From positions 1 to 43,893 of IMG/VR virus record IMGVR_UViG_2645727810_000025: a stretch of 43,893 bases of DNA; one strand, given 5' to 3'. Within the stretch, counting starts at the first letter, position 1. The number at the start of each line of letters is the position of its first letter. Under the pieces are notes generated by a model. That model made no database searches. It saw nothing but the letters and a program-made list of their open reading frames with translations, and had not been told where the DNA came from. Shown here one piece after another: positions 35,338 through 42,921 of the stretch. The stretch comes from a virus. Taxonomy: Duplodnaviria > Heunggongvirae > Uroviricota > Caudoviricetes. The position numbers and the translations under genes were made by a program.

Positions 35338-35352
35338 TTACCTGTGAGGTAA
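35338..35352. promoter_or_regulatory. operator-like palindrome TTACCTGTGAGGTAA
   Basis: TTACC-N5-GGTAA followed by TAACT; in the divergent region about 100 bp upstream of the tail fibre gene. Confidence 0.5.
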
Positions 35353-35456
35353 TAACTTTGTTGATTACATCTCGTGCGATTCATATATGGTTCGTTGGGT
35401 AATAGAATAACCAGTAGTGCGGTGCGCCGGGTGCTGCGACTTTCTGGAGTTTAAAC

Positions 35457-38168
35457 ATGACGGTCTCAACCGAAGTTGACCACAATGACTACACGGGTAA
35501 CGGGGTCACGACATCATTCCCCTATACCTTCCGAATTTTTCATAAGTCTGATCTGGTGGTGCAGGTTGTTGACCTGAGCGAAAACATCACTGAATTAACA
35601 CTGGACACTGACTACACGGTGACAGGTGCTGGCGGATATACTGGCGGGAATGTTGTTTTATCGTCGCCTCTTGCCAATGGTTATCAGATTTCGATATCCA
35701 GAGAGTTACCGGTTACCCAGGAGACTGATCTCAGAAATCAGGGTAAGTTTTTCGCAGAAGTGCATGAGGATGCTTTTGATAAGTTGACCATGCTGATACA
35801 GCAGGCAATTAGCTGGCTGCGCCTTTCTTTACGTAAGCCGTCTTTTATTGCAAATTATTATGATGCCCTGGGTAACTACATACGAAATCTTCGTGACCCG
35901 TCACGACCACAGGATGCAGCTACAAAAAATTACGTTGACGGGGTTGCTGAAGGTAACATTTCTTATGCAGATTCTCTATTTAAAAGAACCTTAAGAGTTC
36001 CTGAGGATTATGTTGACCAGATACCATCAAATGCTGATAGATCAAATAAAATACTTGCTTTTGATTCTGGAGGTAAACCGATTGCTGTTTTACCTGAATC
36101 TGGTTCTGCTTCAGATGTTTTAATTGAGCTGGCAAATAACGGTGATAAAAAAATTGGTAGCTCATATGGTGGCACAGTTTATAGCGACTACCAACAATCA
36201 ATTTTTGTCAAAAAAGGAGATTTTTATTCCGGTTTAAGCATATCGGGAAAAGATGATGCCTACCTTTTTTCTGATGGGCTATGGTATGTATGGACTGGCG
36301 CATTACCGCACACGATCTTGTCGGGTGAAACTCCTGATGTAGAAACAACTAAATGGGCTTGTGTAGGCCTGCTTAATGGGCATGAAATTTGTTCTGCTCT
36401 TAACTATAGCGATTCATGGGGCATCCATGATGATTCACCATTACTTCGCAAAGCCATCATTAGTTTAATAAGAACTGGATATGCAAGATTTTGCATTAAC
36501 GCTGGCGTTACTATTAACCTTTTTACTGATTGCGAAATTCCGTTCTATCTGGATGGGAGGGCTGTGTCTTTCCGTTTTCATGGAGAAACAGCAATTGGTT
36601 CTTTAGGAAGAGTGTCAGAACTAGTAGTAGCTCTAGGTATTAGAGGTCTTGTATTCGAGGCTATTCAAGTAGAGATTGACCATTTCACTATGCGTCAGTG
36701 GGTTGGTAATGCTGGGCAGTCTATTGTCAGTTATACATCTGATACAGTTACGCTATCTTTTGACCCATGGCCTGACGGACGCACCCCAGTGATATGGCCT
36801 TGGGGAACTACTGCTGGTGATGGCACTGTTTACACAAGCTTTTTAGAATTTACAACTGACAGTGGTGGTTATTACGCATCTGGCGTAACTCGCAACTTAG
36901 ATGGAACCGTAACACTAACCAATGTCCATCCTATTGGGCCAACTAATACAATCGCTTCCGCAACGATTGTTAACTTTTTCCAGAGTCATGCTAATAACTA
37001 TCCAGAAGGAAGTTTCGCAGATACGGCAGCAGTAATCACCCTGGGGGTATCAGAAAACCCATTTATTCATAACTTATGGGTGCTTGCTGTCTATCGAGGC
37101 TTTGCTCACGGTCTTGGCTCTGGAGCAGGTCCGGGAGTATTGATGGGAAATATCGGCGTATGGTCTGATATTGTCGTAGACAACGCTTTATACTTTATAG
37201 CTAATACTGATGTGAATCCATCATCTGGGCAAGGCATCAACAATGGGATGTTCAATAACATTCAGTTATCAAACGTCCGTCGTGGAATAAGAGCACGTAG
37301 AGCCTACAATCTTGCATTCACAAACCTTCAGCATATTGCTAGCGGTAATGTTTCATTTGATGCTGTTACTATACTGGCAAATGAAATAGAAGGTGTTACT
37401 TTAAATGGATCTCAGTTTGGTTGGACATCTATCGACTGGGTTATAGATACATGGGTTCCTAAACTACTCAAGTGTACCCGATTACGTCGCTCCTCTATTA
37501 CTGGATGCGTGTTCGGTCGACATGATGTAACCATCACAAGAGGTGCCGTAATTGACGTTAAGGACGGCACAATACTAGGTTTAACACTAACTGGTAATTC
37601 TATGGTTACAATCGACGAAAACTCAGATTCAAGTAACTATGGATGGATTGAGTGTAATGAGCTTAAATCATCAGTTATTTCTGATAACTCCCCTAGTTCA
37701 GGTAGTGAGCTTGGTGGAAGCATTAATCTCTCGCTGAGAACTGCTTCTAATGACTTAACAAAATTTGATAACACATATTTTGGTCAACCAGTCAGAACAA
37801 ACGCAGAAGCTGGTGTGTTTGATAATGAACTAGCATCCGGTGGAAATGTTTTTGACAGCACAACTGAATACAGAGACGCAGGTAAAATTTTAATCTTTGT
37901 TGATGTAAACAATGCTGCTGTATGGCCTGATAATTCAAGGAATATCATACCATTCGGCGGAGGATTAACAGGAGGTAAAACACTTGGATTGCCTACCCCA
38001 GCAGTACTCCTGTCATTGAAAAGAAGAAGTGTTCTGGTTGATTTGTCATCTGTGGTTTTTGGTAGCCAGACAATTGGAGTGTATAACGGGGCAACTTTGG
38101 TATCAACAATATCAACTCCTGGTGTTTATGAGTTTCTCCTCGTAGGGGCAAAATACATAAAATTATAA
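35457..38168 (+). CDS. tail fibre / tailspike protein with T7 gp17-like N-terminal adaptor domain
   Basis: 903 aa; N-terminus (DYTGNGVTTSFPYTFRIFHKSDLVVQVV...TLDTDYTV) parallels the T7 tail-fibre N-terminal domain; long C-terminal Gly/Ser/Thr/Asn-rich region; GGAG SD; terminator downstream. Confidence 0.75.
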   Translation: MTVSTEVDHNDYTGNGVTTSFPYTFRIFHKSDLVVQVVDLSENITELTLDTDYTVTGAGGYTGGNVVLSSPLANGYQISISRELPVTQETDLRNQGKFFAEVHEDAFDKLTMLIQQAISWLRLSLRKPSFIANYYDALGNYIRNLRDPSRPQDAATKNYVDGVAEGNISYADSLFKRTLRVPEDYVDQIPSNADRSNKILAFDSGGKPIAVLPESGSASDVLIELANNGDKKIGSSYGGTVYSDYQQSIFVKKGDFYSGLSISGKDDAYLFSDGLWYVWTGALPHTILSGETPDVETTKWACVGLLNGHEICSALNYSDSWGIHDDSPLLRKAIISLIRTGYARFCINAGVTINLFTDCEIPFYLDGRAVSFRFHGETAIGSLGRVSELVVALGIRGLVFEAIQVEIDHFTMRQWVGNAGQSIVSYTSDTVTLSFDPWPDGRTPVIWPWGTTAGDGTVYTSFLEFTTDSGGYYASGVTRNLDGTVTLTNVHPIGPTNTIASATIVNFFQSHANNYPEGSFADTAAVITLGVSENPFIHNLWVLAVYRGFAHGLGSGAGPGVLMGNIGVWSDIVVDNALYFIANTDVNPSSGQGINNGMFNNIQLSNVRRGIRARRAYNLAFTNLQHIASGNVSFDAVTILANEIEGVTLNGSQFGWTSIDWVIDTWVPKLLKCTRLRRSSITGCVFGRHDVTITRGAVIDVKDGTILGLTLTGNSMVTIDENSDSSNYGWIECNELKSSVISDNSPSSGSELGGSINLSLRTASNDLTKFDNTYFGQPVRTNAEAGVFDNELASGGNVFDSTTEYRDAGKILIFVDVNNAAVWPDNSRNIIPFGGGLTGGKTLGLPTPAVLLSLKRRSVLVDLSSVVFGSQTIGVYNGATLVSTISTPGVYEFLLVGAKYIKL

Positions 38169-38175
38169 GCTTAAC

Positions 38176-38200
38176 AGGCCGGGAAACCGGCCTATTTTTT
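38176..38200 (+). terminator. rho-independent terminator
   Basis: AGGCCGG-gaaa-CCGGCCT hairpin followed by ATTTTTT. Confidence 0.7.
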
Positions 38201-38312
38201 ACTAATTATTTTTTGAAGTTACTAAATAGTCACAATGAAAATTTAAACCATATATGGTTTATTGTGTATGATGTGATCACCAACTAATGGGGGTCTTTAT
38301 GCACAGTAAACG

Positions 38313-38726
38313 GTGGTCACCATGTCAGCCCAGCTAACCAGTGAGTCTTTAAATCAGTGGCTTAGTATGGGTTCTCTGGCTGCAGTGATCGCAGGAGTTC
38401 CACCAGAGGTGGCGCTTGGTGCTTTATCAGGTGCGGTAATATTTATTACCTCAGCCGTTGAGTATCCAATACGCCGTCGGGTTCTCCTGTCGATGCTCAG
38501 CTTCCTCTGCGGGCTTCTATTCTACAAACCAACTGCATCAATCCTTATCGGCGTAGCCAGCCTGATCCCAACTATCACGCAGGACTCTTTCGAGAAAGGG
38601 ATCGTCTTCTCTGCTGGCGCGTTCGTGTCGGCAATCGTCGCAGTACGTATTGGTATCTGGCTCTATCACCGTTCCGACAATCCACGCGATTTAATCCCGG
38701 GGAGAAAAGACGATGACAACTCATGA
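38313..38726 (+). CDS. membrane protein, putative holin
   Basis: 3-4 predicted TM segments, first gene of the lysis cassette; true start may be the ATG at 38322 rather than the GTG at 38313. Confidence 0.5.
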   Translation: MVTMSAQLTSESLNQWLSMGSLAAVIAGVPPEVALGALSGAVIFITSAVEYPIRRRVLLSMLSFLCGLLFYKPTASILIGVASLIPTITQDSFEKGIVFSAGAFVSAIVAVRIGIWLYHRSDNPRDLIPGRKDDDNS

Positions 38727-39018
38727 GCTGCTTTTACTGATTGCCAATGCGGTTATCTGTTCAGCTATAGCAATCCGCGTCGGTACATTCAGGCGTAATG
38801 GATCGCAACACCGCCGGTGGGGTGGGTGGATAGCCTACTTCCTTATCGTGGCATCAGCCAGCATCCCCGTCCGGGCTGCATATGCAATCTGGTATCACAC
38901 ACCAATGTCCGCTGATTTATCAGAGGTCATCATCAATGCTGTCATGCTTGCCGCCGTTCTGAAGACGCGCGGTAACGTCGTGCAGATATTCAAAATATCG
39001 AGGTCTCAACATGAGTGA
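38713..39018 (+). CDS. membrane protein, holin/antiholin-like
   Basis: 101 aa, about 3 TM segments; overlaps its neighbours; GGGGAG SD. Confidence 0.5.
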   Translation: MTTHELLLLIANAVICSAIAIRVGTFRRNGSQHRRWGGWIAYFLIVASASIPVRAAYAIWYHTPMSADLSEVIINAVMLAAVLKTRGNVVQIFKISRSQHE

Positions 39019-39490
39019 ACTTGCATGGATTTCTGAAGGAAGAAAATATATAGGGCAACTGGAAATCAAAGGCCCTCGTCATAATCCTCTAATTCTCCAG
39101 TTCTGGAAGGATATTAAACGAGGTGGTATCAAAGATGATGAAACGCCATGGTGTGCTGCATACGTCGGATCAATGCTCGAGCGTGTCGGAATCAAATCAA
39201 CCCGTTTCGAGTCTGCAAAATCTTACCTCAACTGGGGCGTCGAAATTAGCGAACCAGCTTATGGGTGTGTAGTGGTATTCAATCGTGACGGTGGCGGACA
39301 TGTCGGGTTTGTTGTCGGACAGCAACAGAACGGTGACCTGATGGTGCTGGGCGGTAATCAGTCAGATGCCATCAATATTCGTGCATTTTCACGCTCCCGT
39401 GTCACCGGTTACCGCTGGCCTGTTAATGTTGCCAAGGACAACAGGAAGTTACCTTTAATGACCGGCTCATTATCGGTGAGTGAATCATGA
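39011..39490 (+). CDS. endolysin, NlpC/P60-CHAP-like cell-wall peptidase (TIGR02594-like)
   Basis: 159 aa; candidate Cys nucleophile (PWCAAYVG) and His (GGHVGFVVG); located between the holin-like genes and the spanins. Confidence 0.6.
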   Translation: MSELAWISEGRKYIGQLEIKGPRHNPLILQFWKDIKRGGIKDDETPWCAAYVGSMLERVGIKSTRFESAKSYLNWGVEISEPAYGCVVVFNRDGGGHVGFVVGQQQNGDLMVLGGNQSDAINIRAFSRSRVTGYRWPVNVAKDNRKLPLMTGSLSVSES

Positions 39491-39969
39491 TCAGAGCATT
39501 CATGAAAGCGTACTGGAAACAGTTGCTTATCGTGGCGATGCTTGCTGCTCTGGTGATCGTCGGCGTTGTTGCCTGGAATGTTCATGGCAGCCGACAGTAT
39601 GACGCCGGGTATGCGCAGGCAAAGACAGACCGTAAAACCGAAGATGATAAAGCTCGTCAGCACGACGAACAGGAGAAAGCAATCAATGAACGTAAAGCGC
39701 AGCAGAGGATCGACCAGGCGCGCAATGATGCTCTTGATGCTGCCGCTCGCGCTGGCAGGTTGCAGCAACAGCTCGTTGCCATCCGTGAGCAGCTCAGGCA
39801 GTATAACGCCATTGTCGGCGCTGGGCCGTCAGCCGCAGACACCGGTGTTTTGCTTGCCGACTTGCTCAGCAAATCTCTCGAGCGAAACCGACAACTGGCA
39901 GAGTACGCTGATCGGGCAGCCGAAGCAGGAAGAGTCTGTGAAAAGCAGTACGATTCGCTGACCAGGTGA
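39487..39969 (+). CDS. i-spanin (Rz-like)
   Basis: 160 aa; N-terminal TM helix (LLIVAMLAALVIVGVVAW) followed by a charged coiled-coil; last gene of the lysis cassette. Confidence 0.7.
   Translation: MIRAFMKAYWKQLLIVAMLAALVIVGVVAWNVHGSRQYDAGYAQAKTDRKTEDDKARQHDEQEKAINERKAQQRIDQARNDALDAAARAGRLQQQLVAIREQLRQYNAIVGAGPSAADTGVLLADLLSKSLERNRQLAEYADRAAEAGRVCEKQYDSLTR
39686..39961 (+). CDS. o-spanin (Rz1-like lipoprotein) embedded in the +1 frame of the i-spanin gene
   Basis: ATG at 39686 after AGGAG; lipoprotein signal MNVKRSRGSTRRAMMLLMLPLALAGC with lipobox LAGC; Pro/Ser-rich mature region. Confidence 0.65.
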   Translation: MNVKRSRGSTRRAMMLLMLPLALAGCSNSSLPSVSSSGSITPLSALGRQPQTPVFCLPTCSANLSSETDNWQSTLIGQPKQEESVKSSTIR

Positions 39970-39982
39970 CATGGCATTTTTC

Positions 39983-40376
39983 ATGGTACTGATTTCCGGC
40001 GACGGTATATAAAACGGTATTGGAAATTTTGTTTCTTTAAAAGTTGTTGTCAGTCAATTACTTATGTTGTCCGTAAATAATTGAGTGGGAATGATTTAAC
40101 GTCTGGCAACAGCCTGCACGTAAAAGCAGTAAAGTACCTCTAAGCCCGCGTAACTGCGGGCTTTTTTGTTTTTGTATCTGGCACTTTCTGGCAGCTGTTA
40201 GCAACGGGAAGCACGGTTTTTTCAATGGAATTTTTGATGGTACTCTCTGGTTTCGAATTCAGGTTTGAAAAAGTACCATGTGATAAATTTCGGTTGAGTT
40301 ATGGTATTTATTTTTTATAACTCAATTAAAAACAGAGAGTTAAACAAGTTTTCTGAATTTTTTACAACATGGTATT
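39983..40376. repeat. cluster of five ATGGTA(C/T)T repeats upstream of the integrase
   Basis: Copies near 39983, 40237, 40301, 40369 and an inverted copy at 40272 within an AT-rich 430-bp spacer. Confidence 0.4.
40143..40167 (+). terminator. rho-independent terminator after the lysis cassette
   Basis: AGCCCGC-gtaact-GCGGGCT hairpin followed by TTTTTTGTTTTTG. Confidence 0.7.
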
Positions 40377-40400
40377 TTTGATAAAGGAAAACAATAAAAC

Positions 40401-41591
40401 ATGTTGACTGACACCAGGCTGCGTCACCTTAAGCCGAAGGAGAAACTCTATAAAGTTAATGACCGTGATGGTCTGTATGTTGCGGTCACTCCGGCTGGAA
40501 CTATTTCATTTCGTTATAACTATTCAATAAACGGAAGACAGGAGACCGTTACTTTTGGCCGCTATGGTGTTGGAGGGATCACGCTTGCAGAAGCGCGTGA
40601 ACGGCTCAATGAAGCTAAAAAAATGGTTGCCAGTGGAAGATCGCCAGCGAGGGAAAAAGCTAGAGATAAAGCTCGTATCAAAGATGCGGAGACTTTTGGT
40701 GCATGGGCTGAGAAATGGTTACGCGGTTATCAAATGGCTGAATCGACGCGTGATATGCGGCGTTCGGTATATCAAAGGGAGTTGAAGTCAAAATTTGCGC
40801 AGCAGAAATTGACCGAGATTACACATGAAGACTTACGCGCATTAACCGATAACATTGTCGAGAGAGGGGCACCGGCGACAGCTGTGCACGCCAGAGAGAT
40901 TGTATTGCAAGTCTATCGCTGGGCTATTGAGCGCGGTCAGAAGGTTGAGAATCCCGCTGATCTGGTACGGCCTGCAAGCATAGCGAAATTTGAGCCTCGT
41001 GACAGGGCATTGACGCCAGTTGAAATTGGTCTGATGTATCGGTACATGGAACGGGTAGGAACGACGCCATCAATCAGAGCAGCGGTTAAACTTTTGCTGT
41101 TAACGATGGTACGTAAAAGTGAGCTTACTAACGCAACCTGGAACGAGATCAATTTTAGTGAGGCATTATGGACGATACCAAAGGAGAGGATGAAACGACG
41201 TAATCCACATTTGGTTTTTCTTTCCAGACAGGCAATGGATATTATGATTGCTCTCAAAACCTTTGCCGGTAGCTCTGATTTTATCCTTCCTTCGCGGTAC
41301 GATTCCGATGCGCCAATGAGTAGCGCTACTTTAAACCGGGTTTTGACACTGACGTATCGTCTGGCTCAGAAAGAAGGGGACTTGTTACCTAAGTTTGGTC
41401 CCCATGACTTACGGCGTACTGCCAGCACCTTGCTACATGAGGCCGGGTACAATACTGACTGGATTGAGAAGTGCCTTGCCCATGAACAAAAGGGGGTACG
41501 AGCTGTTTATAACAAGGCTGAATATCGTGAGCAGAGGGCCGAGATGCTACAAGATTGGGCGAATATGATTGATGAATGGACTAGTAAGTAG
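40401..41591 (+). CDS. tyrosine site-specific integrase (P4-type)
   Basis: 396 aa; N-terminal arm-binding region (MLTDTRLRHLKPKEKLYKVNDRDGLYVAV) and C-terminal catalytic region with R...HDLRRT...Y residues typical of phage tyrosine integrases. Confidence 0.85.
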   Translation: MLTDTRLRHLKPKEKLYKVNDRDGLYVAVTPAGTISFRYNYSINGRQETVTFGRYGVGGITLAEARERLNEAKKMVASGRSPAREKARDKARIKDAETFGAWAEKWLRGYQMAESTRDMRRSVYQRELKSKFAQQKLTEITHEDLRALTDNIVERGAPATAVHAREIVLQVYRWAIERGQKVENPADLVRPASIAKFEPRDRALTPVEIGLMYRYMERVGTTPSIRAAVKLLLLTMVRKSELTNATWNEINFSEALWTIPKERMKRRNPHLVFLSRQAMDIMIALKTFAGSSDFILPSRYDSDAPMSSATLNRVLTLTYRLAQKEGDLLPKFGPHDLRRTASTLLHEAGYNTDWIEKCLAHEQKGVRAVYNKAEYREQRAEMLQDWANMIDEWTSK

Positions 41592-41644
41592 TTAATAATC
41601 AGTGATTTAAGTGGATATACTTCTTTTATCTACGCCAGGAGAGC

Positions 41645-41664
41645 AATTTTAGCCGCTAAAATTT
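41645..41664. repeat. 20-bp palindromic element AATTTTAGCCGCTAAAATTT (copy 1)
   Basis: Inverted repeat ATTTTAGC/GCTAAAAT about 50 bp upstream of the 41715 gene; near-identical copy at 42481-42500. Confidence 0.6.
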
Positions 41665-41714
41665 ACTGAATCTTTACTGGTTTTATCTGGATTGCATAAA
41701 AAGGAAAAATAAAA

Positions 41715-42344
41715 GTGCCTGAGTTGTCTGTAATTATACAATGGATGAATCAATACCCTAAGACCGGCTGGCTATTGCTGTGTATCTATATTGCACTCGG
41801 TGTAGTTCGTCACAGAGTAATTAATGCTGAATCTGGAAGTGTATTTCGTGGACTACTCAATCTTAGGAAGCGCCGGCTAGAGCAAATGCTGACACAGCCA
41901 TATTTGAATAAAAATGCGGTCCGTCTGGCAAAGCGTGAGCTTCGTCAGCGCAGCCTTTATCGGCTCACAGGCTTGTATAATTATCGGCTGCAGGATTTGG
42001 CTGTAATAATGTGTGATCGTTATGGGTTGCGGGCTGGTTATCTCAAGCCGTGGCGTAACTGGCTCGAAGAACGGGATGGACGGATTGTGTTCAACAGGAA
42101 ATGGCATTGTTTTCGCTGGCGTCTTTTTCTGGTAGGTCAGATTGTAAACACAGTTCTACTAATCTTATTCATTATGTATATAGTTTCTCATTCTTCGGCC
42201 GAAATGATCGCACCGCTTATGTTACTCTTCATGCTTGTATGGTGGTTTCCTTGGCTAATGATCACCTCGGTACCTACCCCTAGGTGGACTCGCGAAATGG
42301 AAGTCTATCTTGAGAAATTTAACGCTGAACAGACCATGGTTTAA
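41715..42344 (+). CDS. hypothetical membrane protein (209 aa)
   Basis: GTG start after AAGGAAAA; N-terminal TM helix, basic middle region, C-terminal TM helices (LLILFIMYIV..., LMLLFMLVWWFPWLMI); low GC. Confidence 0.5.
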   Translation: MPELSVIIQWMNQYPKTGWLLLCIYIALGVVRHRVINAESGSVFRGLLNLRKRRLEQMLTQPYLNKNAVRLAKRELRQRSLYRLTGLYNYRLQDLAVIMCDRYGLRAGYLKPWRNWLEERDGRIVFNRKWHCFRWRLFLVGQIVNTVLLILFIMYIVSHSSAEMIAPLMLLFMLVWWFPWLMITSVPTPRWTREMEVYLEKFNAEQTMV

Positions 42345-42480
42345 ACTGTTCTTTGTTACCATGCATTCAGAGTGAATTGTCAGAGTTTTGGAAGATTCCA
42401 TCCTACGAGTAATACTCACAAGGTAATTCACATAATCAATAGGTTAAGTCATAAGCTTCTTGACCCTACATGAGAAGACG

Positions 42481-42500
42481 AATTTTAGCTGCTAAAAGTT
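42481..42500. repeat. 20-bp palindromic element AATTTTAGCTGCTAAAAGTT (copy 2)
   Basis: 18/20 identical to copy 1; about 140 bp downstream of the 41715-42344 gene. Confidence 0.6.
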
Positions 42501-42921
42501 TGGGCATATTTGGACTTAAATGCCACCGACATGATTCTAATAATTAAGCCAGTACCTAATGAGCCAAGAGAAGACAACTGTAAACGCCCCTTGGCTTAGA
42601 CTTGCTTTCAGGAAAGCGAATGCTTTTTATGGTCAGGGACAAGTAAGGGGATGAGCCATTGCATAACCATAAAACCAATTCGTTCTATGTCATTACAGAT
42701 CGGCTTCAGTGATTTACTGGTGAGGTAGTATCACTGTGATCCGTTTTGCATAACGCTTACAGCTGCGCTACAAACAATAAACTATAATACTGTATTTTCA
42801 AAATCATCAATTTGAAGCAGGGTAATCGCGAAAAACCCTCGTAAGTGGCTGGTTATAATTCAATAAAGTGGATGATATTAAGACTTAAACTGCCACCATA
42901 ATAGCTCGTGGATATACTATT

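Noticed and set aside
40237-40262. Possible tRNA 3' fragment (GGTTTCGAATTCAGG) marking an att core
   Set aside because: Does not form a T-stem or acceptor stem and lacks a CCA context; treated only as part of the AT-rich repeat-bearing spacer.
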